This document shows, piece by piece, positions 14,604 through 27,095 of a stretch of DNA of 64,000 nt. The translations under genes and the position numbers were made by a program. Source of the DNA: Takakia lepidozioides (lineage: Eukaryota; Plantae; Bryophyta); NCBI GenBank assembly GCA_030704615.1, contig CM060731.1, positions 35,650,001-35,714,000 of the forward strand, in the 5' to 3' direction. The notes beneath the pieces were generated by a model that was not told the DNA's origin, did not search any database, and saw only the letters and a list, made by a program, of their open reading frames with translations. The first letter of the stretch is position 1. Each line of letters opens with the position of its first letter.

Positions 14604-15640
14604 CTAAAATTTGTGCCATTGCTCAAAGCAACCCCCATTGGCACTCCCCTTTTTTGAGGCTGGTGAACCAACATAGTAAAGTCTGAAGCTTCCATCTTCT
14701 AACGCAACAACATGAGGTGCAGCTACTACTCCGTTATCCCAGGCGTGCTCCCCGACTCTGGCACTTAAGATTGGTCCCCCAGGCTGGCCACCCCCCTCTC
14801 TGTCTTTTTCCCAGTTTATACCATCTTTTGAAAATGCTAGACCAATTCCATGGATGCCCTTTGTGTTCACCCCTTCATAGAACATCACATACTGGCTTTC
14901 AATTACTAAGACATGCCTTCGCCCCACCCCCCGCCTTCGTCCCAAGAGCCGGGTTCTCCTTTCTCCAACACCTTCCCTACCTTCTCCCACACAAGACCTT
15001 CACTAGAAACTGCTGCACCTATGGCAGAAATGGGAGGGGAAGTTCGCTCCATAGAACTGTATGTCATTAGCCATTGGCTTGTCATAGAAGGACACTTGAT
15101 AGTGGGATGTGTTCCGCCGTCTACATCTGTTTTGAAGTGGGAGGAATCGCCATCGGCCATGCTATGAACACTTCATCCCACTCCCCTTCGCTTCCCACGA
15201 TCTTGCAAGCCCCGGTCGCATTCGAAATCCTAAGAGATTCTCCTGCTGTACCAAAAATCATCTCCTCCAATGATCCCCCGAAGTAGAACATCCACCATTC
15301 CCTGTTGTGCAATAAGACGTCACTGCAACCCACATGGACAGAATCAAAGGCAGACACACAATCTTCATTGGGATCTAGAATTGCACCCCCAGGTAAGGGT
15401 CCCCTGTGTCTCCTCCATTGAAAACCATCATCAAAAATAGCCAGTCCAATTCGCCCAGTTGATAACAAAGCTGGGTTCACACCAGAGTGCCAAACCTCCT
15501 GGTCACGCCCATAGTAGTACATTCTCCATGGCCCAAAAGTTGAAGTAGGGTCTCTCATAACAATGGGGTGAAACAGACACACAACATCCCACCACTTTTG
15601 ACCTTCATCTCCTGGTCCAAACAGCCTCCCTGCTAACCTA
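14604..15640 (-). pseudogene. Five-bladed beta-propeller glycoside hydrolase-like (arabinanase/levansucrase/invertase fold) pseudogene
   Basis: Blade motifs WRMYYYG, RIGLAIFDDGFQW, IGAAVSSEGLVWEK, IGLAFSKDGINWEK and FRLYYVG are spread over three ORFs with frameshifts near 15140 and 14920. Confidence 0.7.
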
Positions 15641-17502
15641 CCTTAAGACAAGCATTCACCCGACCTGCCCTCATTAGAGGCGTTCAATCCTGATCTACAA
15701 ACATGCAACTAGTTACTGAATGGATCCCTTGGGGATTATAGGGCAGTGGATTTGGACAAAGTGTCATACTTCTGTTCTGTGGTCGGCCCTTCTCTACCAT
15801 TCTTTCCGCAATGGGAGAGAGCAAACGGCCCTCTCTCTCCACTAAACATGCTGGGTTCAATAATGATGAATCCAATACTTTCAAGTAGCTTTCATGTCAA
15901 ATTTCGTCTCTCTGATTCATTGTCTCCTACCCAAAATTTCATTCAAAATTTCTCTCCCTGCAAGTACAAGTTCGTTTGAGCCTGAGTAACCATCTCCAGC
16001 TGCCAAAACCTAACTTGTAAATGAGATACAACACACCTTTCATCCCCAAACACACTTGAAGTTGAACAGTTGACAATGCCGCGATTACGGCCTCTCGATG
16101 CTCTGCCTTCGAGGCTCCTGCAACTTCTTGGATCCTGGTACAATATTTTGCCAGCCCTTCTACAAATGATGTCCTTCGCACCACTTGCACGCATCGCATT
16201 CCTCCATTGATGTTCATGATGGATCATTGTGAACTGCCTCGGTGAACCCCCACAAGTTTTGGAGTGCAGCAAGCTCGACAAATCCTGCGAGCACAGCACA
16301 TATGGGCGTCTTTCAGAGCTAAATGCAAAGGACTCGTTTCTGGTAAAACTGGTGCTGGTGACCACCAGAAAAATACACATTGCTTTGTGCCACGCAGACG
16401 CCTGCGATTCAATGGCATGATTGTTCATGCCAGTTGTGTTCAGGATGTCTTGTGTGCCTTCATTATCATAACCTCCACCACTGATACTGTCCTGGTTCCC
16501 CTGGTTCTAGTGATCCTGCTTTTCTCAGTCTGGTGGCAGACCCCAGGCCCATTTTGGACAGACAAGGAAGAGGGCGAATTTGTAGTGCTGAAGTAACATC
16601 CAAACACTTTTGTAAGCCTTTTCATGGAAAGCATCCACCTCGGGGTGGTCACGGGGTGGTCTAAGTACTCCAATGGCTTGGGTGCATGACTAGTTGTTGA
16701 ACCCTGTGGCAGAGGCAAGAGAAGGTATCCGTCATTCACTTTGCTGAAAATTCTTGGCTTTGTGGTTTGTTCTCGGAATTGCAGGGAGGCATACCTAACA
16801 GGGAAACGATTGTGCTGAAAATTATGTTCAAGCCTACATCAACTGTCACTGTACATTCTCAGACTTGTGTACCCAAGCTCATGTTGATCATAGAAACCAA
16901 CCTCATCTAACCTTTCGTTGTGTTCAATAAGCTGACCTAATGCATGCGCCTTGATGTAGTTTCCTTTCAGGTACAAGCACACACATGGGCTAAGAGGAAA
17001 ACCAGCTTCATCGTTATGGCTCGACTCAATTTATGCTGCATTCAAGCATTTTTGTTGTTGTTCCTTTTGTCCTTCCTTCAGTAGAGATGGCAAGGGTACT
17101 ACACATAGTATCTCCATGGTTCAAAGCTCCTTGGTGAATAGCTAATAAGCCATTGTGGAAGTGTGAAAGAATTGTTGGACAAAATGACTGAACGAGATGT
17201 AGTTTCATAGAGTGCATTGATGCCAGTATAATAATGTTGGGTACTGGTTAGGAGGCTTTCAAGAGTTATGAGCACATAAGGGACAACCAACTTCATCACA
17301 TCAATGAGTATACAAGCTGCATATTCTAATCTGCCCCACCACAACTTTTGAGAAACTAATCTCTTTCAAAGTATACGCGTGCACCAAGCACATGGCTCAT
17401 GGCAGCCCAACAAGGAAAGGGAAAAAAGAAGCCATACAAGTCTCCCGGTTTCTTGCACTCCGATGGAATTGGAACATGTTCTAAAACAAAAGAAAAGCTT
17501 GT

Positions 17503-18792
17503 CTAGACTTTTGCACCAAAACTAAGACCGCCAACCAAACCATTAAAGTGAGGGTGTCGCTCGGCCCTCATTTGTAGATCAAGTGGAAATCCAGTGGAGG
17601 TCCATGTGTGTTGCTTCATGTCATATATCACAACTACGTCATGGGGACAGCTCCATATGAATAAGAGATTGTCATGGCTCACCACTTGCAAAGACTCCCT
17701 GTAGTACGGCCTAATTTCTGTAATCTCATCAGTCCTTGCAATCTCCAGCCACTCTGCACCCGTTGTAGAACCTTTGAACTCCCACACACAAACTGTTGTC
17801 AGTGTTGGTAAGAGGTGAATTTGATCGCGAGGCGGCCCAACCATCAACAGGCCCCCCTCACTCTCTACAAGTCGACACCAACCACCTCTACCAAGGTCAG
17901 GCATCCGTACAGCAACTTTAGTCCACACACGGCTGCCAATGTCACAAGCCATCAAAATGTATTCTACTCTAATACATAGAACAAGTCTATAAAATAGAGC
18001 AAAGAGAGTAGGACCACATATCACACTTCCTGAACAACCCGGATAGGTTATTGAGGACATGTTTCCAGTCTCGGTCCAACACTCGCAAGTTGAGTCATAG
18101 ATGTGCGTTCTCCAACGTCCTTTGTCGTCGTTGCATGACATCACAAGGACCTTGTAGGTGTTACTGCATCTATCCACAATCATATTTACTCTTTCCTCAA
18201 TCCAATTTATTCTTTCCACGGTGAAATGTGTTGAATCCTGAGGCCGGGCAGGCAATTGTCTGGAACTGTTCAACAGAGGATTGTACACAATGCTTGATAT
18301 GTCACCGTCGTCGCTGTCCTCTGTTATGCAAAATAAGCCTCCATCTGCAGCATCAACTCTGAATAAGTGAAGTAGCGAATTATCCTCGGGGAGTGGGAGT
18401 TTGAGGCCGATCATGTGCCACCGTCGAGTTGTGGGCGCATACGACGTAAGAACATCTCCTGAAAACAAGAGATAGGAGTCTTGGTGAAGAGGGAGCTGCT
18501 GACAGAGTTGTTGGAAAGAAGCAGTGGATGGGAGGGAGTTCCACAACTTGCACACTGACTTAAAGCGGACGAGACTTGGATACGGCAAACAGGCCGACAC
18601 TACCATCACTAACTCCAAAGGGAGCCTGCTCCAAATCTCCTCCTCCATCTTGCCCACCCACAAAACCTCTCTAATGTGTTCTTGTGATCCTAACACGGAG
18701 CTTGGGAAAAGAGACATGTAGGGCCTTCTTTGCTCGCCATCCACTGCCCTTTTACTATTTCCAGCCTGCTTTGTGTTTCGTGGTCTGTACAT
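17503..18792 (-). CDS. F-box/kelch-repeat protein
   Basis: F-box IWSRLPLELVMVVSACLPYPSLVRFKSVCKLWNSL, then AADGGLFC, VYNPLLNSSRQLP, IYDSTCECW; intronless. Confidence 0.9.
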   Translation of the reverse strand: MYRPRNTKQAGNSKRAVDGEQRRPYMSLFPSSVLGSQEHIREVLWVGKMEEEIWSRLPLELVMVVSACLPYPSLVRFKSVCKLWNSLPSTASFQQLCQQLPLHQDSYLLFSGDVLTSYAPTTRRWHMIGLKLPLPEDNSLLHLFRVDAADGGLFCITEDSDDGDISSIVYNPLLNSSRQLPARPQDSTHFTVERINWIEERVNMIVDRCSNTYKVLVMSCNDDKGRWRTHIYDSTCECWTETGNMSSITYPGCSGSVICGPTLFALFYRLVLCIRVEYILMACDIGSRVWTKVAVRMPDLGRGGWCRLVESEGGLLMVGPPRDQIHLLPTLTTVCVWEFKGSTTGAEWLEIARTDEITEIRPYYRESLQVVSHDNLLFIWSCPHDVVVIYDMKQHTWTSTGFPLDLQMRAERHPHFNGLVGGLSFGAKV

Positions 18793-19556
18793 AGAAACCC
18801 TAAAAATCCTTGAAAAATCCTTCCATGTGCGGGAAGTCGGGGAGGGAGATGGCAGAGTGCAAGCTGGATACCTACGCCACTCTTGTGATTCCTCCTTTCT
18901 TGGTCGGTATTCAACAGTATCAAGGGATGGAAAAGGGGCTGGTCATGTTGCAGACACATTTCGTTTCCAGTGTTGGTTGCAGTCCACAAGGCGCTGCCAG
19001 CGCAGGCACGGGAAAGCCTAGTAACACGAACTCTCCATCCAGAGCCGCCTACAACTACTCGGGTTCAAAGCATGTGTCCTTTGTCTGCCTGTGGCACTGG
19101 TGGTATTCTCCCCACTATAACTGAATTCAAGCCTAGAAAAGTTGAGTTCAAAGAGGGATTGTGCACACTGAGGACCTTGAGCAAAGATACCGGCGCAGAC
19201 AAGCAGAAGCAAATAGTGCAGCTCCTCTGTTGCTCTGATTGATGCCACAGCTGAGGAGGTACCATGAGCTTTACTTGCTTGATTTATGTGCAATGTAATG
19301 GATAACCTGCACACTTACTTCAGTGGGCGCCAGAACAAACAGGATATGAGACCCACATTTTCACCAGCACAGTTTTTCCACCTCCACTGGTTAGTTTTCA
19401 GCTTAGATATAACTTATGTTACTATAAACTCAACTATTACAGCACTGATAGAACAGGGTGAAGAATAAAGGTAGATAGGAACCCGAGAGGGAAAATGGGC
19501 TCGGCATATTGCAGTAAATGTGAGTGGTGGCATTCATCATATTGCAGTAAATGTGA

Positions 19557-19920
19557 GTGGTGGCATTCATCGACAGAGGAGAGGGAGGAAGTGATCTCAA
19601 GTGGCAGTGGGGTAGCCAAGAGATTCCGCTCCTCCCTTCCTACACATACCTGGGCGTTGAGTTTTCCTCCAACTGGGATGCACATATTCAGAAAGTTGTT
19701 CAAACAGGCAAGGGCAAAGCGCTGGGTCTCACTAAATTTTTCCACTGCAGAGGGATCAACTCTGAGGTCGAGAAAACCTTGCTTTGTCGCGTTATTAAAC
19801 CTGCCTTGGAGTACGCAAACAGGGTGGTTGGGAAAAACCACATCTAGTACACTGACAGAAGATTGCCGTGCAAAAGAAAACGATGACCAAGTGGTCACTT
19901 GACCGACCACCACATAGGAC
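19557..19920 (+). mobile_element. LINE (non-LTR) reverse transcriptase 3' fragment
   Basis: YTYLGVEFSSNWDAHIQKVV...RVIKPALEY, a typical LINE RT thumb region; closely similar copy at 63546-64000. Confidence 0.75.
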
Positions 19921-20904
19921 GCTTGGAAGAAGAAGCTCCTTGGAAGAAGACAAAAGAACACCACTGACATATACAAGAATTTGAACAGCAATATGGAAAC
20001 GTGAAACTCCAACTAACGCCCCAGCAATTCGATTTCTTCGTGCTCTGTCTCTCTTCTCTTCTCTTTCTATTGCACTAAGTCAGCCTTGCTTGAAATTTAT
20101 ATTTTGCCCAAAACTTGTACATGGTGGAATTTCTCAGCTTTGCAAAAGGCCTTGCTCCGTGCTCCATGCTCCTACAGTCAACCTTACAGAGGAAGATAGT
20201 TTTCTGGATACTACAGTGGACTGACAGTGTGCTAGAGCGATGGAAGAGTGCGATCATATTTGGACGTGTGTCCACACTTCTAAAAAAGTCTATCAAGGTC
20301 TGAAAGCCACGGACCCAAGGCCTTCGACTCTTCATGCTTTACCGTGTAAATGTTTGAAGCGATGAGAGGGACAAAGGGGATAGCAAGAGACAGGGCAAAG
20401 GAGCTGTACTTGGTCAAATTCCATGACTCCGTGCTTTTACTTGGACTAGCCAGTTGCCCTTTCCCCTTGCTGTTGAGGCCTCATAGTTTGAACTCCAGCC
20501 TCACACTCGGGCTCCCTGAGTCCGTCCATCGTCATCAAAGGCTACAGAAGTTCAGAGTGAAGTTGTGCCAAGCATCTTCGAAGAAGAAGATCAATCCATG
20601 AGGAGATTTCACTCATATCCTATTATTTGCCCAAGTTGGTTGTTTTTCCATCACCTCCACATAAATCATCCCCATGATTCGCTATCTCGCGCAGACTGCT
20701 TGAAGCTGCTGTTGACATCTTACAAACGTCACATAGTAGGGAGAGTTTAGGGGTGTAACACTCTTCTTGAATTCGAATGTACTCTCAGTACCTGATCTTT
20801 GATGCACCCATCTTGGTCTTGTGGTTCAGCCATGACCTTAATTGTGGCAACTGGCAATCAAAAGCTTGGACAGTATTGTGCAGTGGACATTTGTCCAACT
20901 CGTA

Positions 20905-23010
20905 TTATTTCTTAGACAATGCTTTCCCCACCTGTTTCACTTTTGGTGGACAATTGCCGACTTTCATATTAGCAGCAATAGCTGGGAGCCACTCCTCTCC
21001 ACGCTCCTCCTTCAAGCGAGCTACTCTATCTTCCTCTTTCTTGGCTGCCTGTTCATCTTCAGCGGCAGCTGCTTGGGCTGCTGCTTGGGCTTTTTCCCTT
21101 GCTCGCTCTGCCCCTGCTCTTACAGTTTCTCCTGTAACAGCTGCTGCCAGTAGCCCAGCCTGATGCTGTGATATCAAACAGTAACACCATAAGCCCTTAG
21201 TGCAAGTTTAAAACAATAGTTTAGGAGTTGAGGGTTAGTCAAGATGCTGAAGTACAACCAAGCACCATATTGTGACCACTTTAAGTAAGGTCACAAAATC
21301 AACCTTCTATAAATTCCCCTCTTCCAGTAGACAGCTTTCCACTCGTCACAAAACTCTCAAGAACAGGCCATCAAAGACAAACGAGGAGCAGGAGTACCTC
21401 AATGGAATCCTCATCACAGATGCCATTTTTATTCACTATCCGCTTCCGTTTTGGAGTTTGCTCTACAAAAAAAAATTGCCCCTGGTGAATCCATCATAGT
21501 CAAAGGAGAACATAAATTGCCTTAATCAAAGGAACCAACAATTTTGGAGTTGCAAGTATTAGTAGAAACCCCAGCTGCATTAATCAGGAAATATGTGGCA
21601 TGATCATTTTCAGAACTAGCTTGTTTAGACCAGATCCACAGGATTGACCACCTTGTACAAACAATGTCCAGATATAAAAAACATGTAACAACATCCAGCT
21701 TGTGAGATGAAGGGATTCCCTTTGCCACCTCAGGAATGCATTTAGGAGCAGGGAAGCAATCAAGAGAAATAAAAGTTGCGCAAAACCTCCTCAATACTTG
21801 TTGGCAGCCACGGACAGATAGCCAGGAAGCACGGGCATGCTGAAGACACACTACGTTGGTTGTCATCTGCGTATAGATGGATTTGGCAGTGTTCTGTTGG
21901 GTTAGAAGACTTTGCAGCGATTCTACTGAGTAGGTGAGTCAGGTATGGCCAACTAAATGATGCCTCTACACAGTGTACACCAACCATACATGTCCCAGCA
22001 CAGATAGCAGCATACCTGTACTTCTTATCGAAATGCCAGGAGGTGCCCTCTTGAAAAGACAAATTCCCATGTCACTCCCACCATCATCAACATGACTTCC
22101 ATGGCATAGCACAGGCTCCCCCATCGTTGCAGATCCATCATCAAAGCTGGCACCTACAGTCTTGTCTAGATGCTTGTATAGAAGGTCTTGCAGCTGCATG
22201 CCATGAGGTGATTTTCATAAATACAACGAAGTTGACATGGTAAAATGCACTTGTGACAACTGGCCCCACATTGTTCCAAGAGCATAGGGCAATTGAGTGA
22301 TGTCTAAGACTACTTCCACATTCAACTCTTTTCCATATCGTACATCTCATACTTTACCGGCAACGGCCATTAACACCTGCATTCAGTCATCCGGATAGCT
22401 ACAACAAACAAAGTGAGGACAAGCAGGAGTAACGCCAAAGCCAAAGGACTTTATGTTTAACGCCACAATAGGATGTCTAAAGGAACGCCCAGCGCCCATG
22501 TTCCAAGCAAGTATTTTTAGTTTGCATAGTACAATAGCTTGCAGCTCGAACAAAAGTATTCTTGCAACAGCTTCATTTGCAGTACGCCATCACTAGTCAC
22601 AATCTCTCCACAAACTCTTCGGTGTGGTTGACCTCTAGGGCTACCCAAAGCAATACTAACCGCACCTGGACCAGATAATCTACTGGTAAACGTCTGACAG
22701 AATTGGACTAAACTCATATCAAGCACAGAGACCACCTTGCCTGCAGCGATTCGAAACAAACCAATGAGGATTTAACCCCTACCCGAGTTTGGTACAACTT
22801 CAACCCGCCAGATGTATCCTCACTGTCTTCTTTCTCTGCGTTTGGGCGTCTTCTCCCGGCAGAGTTAGAAAGTCTGCCAGAGCGATTAGATAATTTGACA
22901 GAAGCATTTTGAACTAGAGCCACAGAGTGGATAACCACACTGCGCAATGCAGCCTGTGTGGCTGCCTCGTCCTCGTCCTCCGAAGAACTGCAGCTACCAT
23001 CCAAAGCCAT
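20905..23010 (-). CDS. Conserved plant protein, CUSTOS-like (resembles Arabidopsis At3g49890-type)
   Basis: Four putative exons: SSSEDED...LKLYQTR; LQDLLYKHLDK...GICLFKRAPPGI; EQTPKRKRIV; LLAAAVTGETV...KKEEDRVARLKEERGEEWLPAIA. Confidence 0.75.
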
Positions 23011-23429
23011 ATCGCTCCACTGCGCCTTCTCTAATTAGGGTTTAGCAGCAACCTCATTTCCCATTCTGCTGTGGCTCCCCTCTTTAACAATTTTTAACAC
23101 AAAGTCAAGAAACAAAAAAAAAAGTCTGAAAGTGGGAGACTAGTTTTACTAGTGTAGAGCAGGTATAGGTTGTCATTGTACCATGTCATCATCATCAGCC
23201 ACGTCATCATTGTCATATTTCTAAGCTGCCCGTAAAACAAATTAAATATGAAAATCATTTTTGTCAAATCTGCTCTAATAATTTTTTCCTTTCTTCTATT
23301 TTTCTTTCTTTTCTGCACATATTCAATATAAATGTCACTAAGCTCTTCTAAATACTAATTATGATAAAATCACCAAAGTTTGCCCAGTTTTTGAAACCCT
23401 TACTGTAAAATTCAAGCTGTTGGTTTTGT

Positions 23430-24200
23430 GGTGAGCACGTTCTAAATTACTAACCTATATGTATTATCAAAATAATAATGGTATGATGATCTCGGGTGTC
23501 CCGCATTCCATGGATGTGTACCATGCCTTATGGCATATTCACTGGGGTTTCAATAAAATGTTAAATGACCGATGCCTTTTTCTTTTTCTTTTTTAAATGG
23601 TACTCTATACATTAAGTTTGGTAGTTTGTTGGCTCTTCTTTATTCTAAAGAGGAGACTATGCATCAGTGTCAAAAATGGCTAAGTCCCTGTTGTGCCTTT
23701 CCCAGGTGTCACCTCCTCTCCTTCGCTCAAAACTACTTCCATGATGTGCCTTCTCCAGATAACACCTCCCTCCGGTAACATTTTTGTTTTTGAACAACTT
23801 ATGAAAAATAAATGGATGAATTTTCAAGTCTAGTATGGATGAAAGTGGATCCCACTGCAAAACCAAAAGCTAAGGCTAGTCGCGTATGGCTCCTCTTTGT
23901 AGCACGTTCTAAATTACTAATATATTACATAGTATATATATGTATCATAAATATAATAATGGTACTCTATACATTAAGTTTGGTGGTATGTTGGTCCTTT
24001 TTAGAAGAGACTACGCATGTCAAATCAAAAATCGGTAAGCCCATGTTGTGCCTTCCCCAGACATTACCTCCTCTCCTTTGCTACCTAATATGCTTCTCAA
24101 GGTATACCTCCCTCAGATATACCATCTTTCTTATTGAACAATTTATTTAAAGTTAATGGATGAATTTTTAGGTTTATTATGGATGAAAGTAGATTTCACT
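23430..24200. repeat. Diverged local duplications (about 360-bp offset)
   Basis: tggtactctatacattaagtttggt...gagactatgcat...atggatgaaagt at ~23598 and ~23960; agcacgttctaaattactaa at ~23434 and ~23901. Confidence 0.7.
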
Positions 24201-24608
24201 ATTCGCATAGAGGAGCCATACGCGTCTAGCCGTTTGTTATGTTTCGTTTTGTTTGTAGCATCGTTGAGATCTCCAAAGCGCAAAGCCTCCGCCAAGGATC
24301 TTGATACCGCTGGAAAGCCCTCATATGAATAGGAGTGTATCGTGGCAATTTCATGATTTTGGACCCGAGGTGTGGGATCTGATATTGAATTTGAAGTCTT
24401 TTTTGTCGTTGGAAATTCATGAAAAATAGCAAATTGGTTGAAATTGTGCCTCTATCTCAGTGTTTTTATTTCAGCTGGAATTTCGCACTTTTTCGACCTC
24501 AAAAAGTAAAATGGAATATTCTGTCTTAAATTCCCTGTTTTCTCATGGATGAAATCGCCAAACTTCTCCAAATAAAATATAAATCTTGGGTGAATTCGCC
24601 AAATATGG

Positions 24609-24971
24609 ATGATATACATGGATGAAAGTACAGAGGAGGATGATTCTAGTTCTCCATTACTTCATGCAGGTTTCTTAACAGACAACAATAAGTCTTATTG
24701 GAACATGACATGTGATGAGAGGGAAAAGGTGCATCATTGGCCAAGGCAATTCAATCGAGAATTCTTTGATGTTATCAAAGGCTTCCAAGGTGAACGACCA
24801 ATAGACACTCCGCTTCACCTTCGGGATCTTCAAGCAGATGGTGATGGTGTTTATATGCAACATCACTCAATGCAAGCTGTTGAGACAGGAGAACACATAC
24901 CTACAACTTCTTTAAATTCATTGTCAAGTGAACACATGCAAGCCTTACATGAGGCAATATTTAGAGGGTGA
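24609..24971 (+). pseudogene. Trihelix/Myb-SANT-like fragment
   Basis: YWNMTCDEREKVHHWPRQFNREFFDVIKGF resembles the YW.M...ER...LP..F..E tail of trihelix domains; the N-terminal part is missing. Confidence 0.45.
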
Positions 24972-25083
24972 GCATCTCCCTAGAATCAAAGACCTACTTC
25001 GTAAATCTGGGCTCATTCAACGCCATGAAAGTATTCCTCCAGTTGTTGACCTTGACGACTATTCTAAGGACGCATATGCTTCG

Positions 25084-25206
25084 AGCCAAGTTCCATGGAC
25101 ACTCCTAATCGCCCCCCCAAGCAAGCGCCCCCAGGAGGGAATCGCCCCTGAAAAATGAGAGGGGGAGGTTCTATGGACACCTTTCCATTCATCCCTCTAG
25201 AAAACT
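25084..25206. mobile_element. Left arm of small TIR element D (insertion target of element A); right arm now at 40281-41003
   Basis: agccaagttccatgg...aatcgccccc...aagcgcccccagg matches agccgggttccatgg...aagcgcccccc...aatcgcccccagg at 40281; the two become inverted repeats once the 35.4-43.6 kb inversion is undone. Confidence 0.55.
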
Positions 25207-27095
25207 GGGGATTGCTAAACCGTGAGCAGATTCCATGAGCAGAAAATTCCGTGAGCAGAATTATGCTCACGGATCTGCATGTGCTCACCTATAACCGCGG
25301 ACACCTATTCGGCCTAGAGGACCTATTACTGCGGGTTCTGTCAAGTATATCATGCATATGTCATTCATCGTTATGGATGAACGATGGATGAATGGGGGAT
25401 GAAAGGATGTTCGACGAATGATACATGGATGAATGTAGTTTCTAAATGAATGCAAAACTAAGATGCATTTTTCAGTAGTGGTTGCTAAATCCCCCTACCT
25501 CTAGAGTGAACTTCTGCCCACTGGTGAGGGTTGTGATTGTCCTTTCATCAACAATCAAAAGTCGACATAGTTGCTGACACACATTTGCAAAGAAGGTGGA
25601 GAGGCCATTTGGTGCTTCAAAGGAAATTGTTTAATAAGTAAATATTCATTCCGACGAAGAATATTATGTGCTACTGGAGTCGGCGTCCAAAACGAAGGCA
25701 GAACTGTCTATGAAGACACTAGCCCTGCTTTGAACAAAACCCTCTCTGTTTAAAAGCAAACGAGGGGGAGAAGAGAGGAGACTAAATTCCGAAGCTGCAG
25801 CCTCCGCATAACATGGCAATTTAAAATCTGCTTTCGGACTTGGGAAAAATTGCGGGTTTGCAAAGAAAGGGAAGAACCGTGGCGACCTTGGGCTCATGTA
25901 CACACAAACAAACAATGTAAATCCATATACATTCAGCTGGGCCAACTTGTGAGGAAAGATGGAAATGGAAGGATGCGCCGTCGTGTCAGTGAATTGCCAC
26001 AACTGAACTAGCACTTACTCACATGAGAAATCGGAATCAACATCCAGAGCATCGGGCTCTTACAGATCCGGCTCCACAAACAATGTTCTCAGTCTGGGTC
26101 GAATGCGATGAACCCCCAGACAGAGGTGCGATGACTTGAGAGTAGAGCTGCTCATCCCCCTCCATCCTGAAAAAATGCCTGCCTGCATACTTGCATGCAT
26201 GGAAGGAAGCCCCTGCAACAGTGCAAATAGATCCACGAAACAAAGTAAAAAACACAATCTGAAGGCAAAGAAGTGCACCCAAGAAATGGAATTTGATTGG
26301 GCACCAACCTGTTCCCATGGACAGGTCCACCACTTTTTCCACCATGCCGGCTGCATGTCTCAATCAAAGTCTGCATGAAAGCGGGTGACTTCTCCCGAGC
26401 ACCTCTCCATGGAAAGCCACCAGTTTTTTTTAATGTCTAGGAGGAGTCCACATAGTTGTGGATAACATCGGATTCCACAGGGTCGCATTCCGGGTCTATG
26501 TGAAGCCCCCCTTCCCAAACGTCGAAATGGCCAACATGAGCAGGAGTGGTGTCTGGCCGAATTCGAGCAAGACAAATGGCCTTGAACACATGTGTCTGCA
26601 GCAGCACCAATGTTAGAAACGTTGTTAAGGGCAATTCCACGAAACAATAACACACTAAAAAGCCCAGGTGAGTACCTTCTGCCCGGGAAACTCTGCACTA
26701 GATAGTGGCAGGGTTTTGACACAGGTCCAAATTTTGCGGATTTTGAACCCCGAGGACTTCATGTAGCTGTGAAGCATCCGGCGGGATGCCATGTCCTCAC
26801 CCTGGAAAATCAAAAGCGACCCAGCGTCAGACAGAAACTTGTTGCTGAAAGAGAAGGCCCATTGCCAATAAAGTGGATTATAAGCATTCCAGGCTGGAGT
26901 CACATCTGTGGGAATGATATCAGGCACTGGAAGCCCATCTGGGATGTCAAGGATGACAAGATCTGTCGCATAGGGTTGCTGCACTCCCTTCACCCAACAT
27001 GGCGTCCTGGTCACCTGAAATGAGGACAGGCAATCGAATGAGATTGACAAATTGCAGTGGAGACACCCGAACCAGTGGTCCGTTGTACCTCCCAT

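Noticed and set aside
15939-17344. Minus-strand ORF fragments, possibly a decayed gene or PPR/DYW relic
   Set aside because: No recognisable family motif or consistent exon chain.
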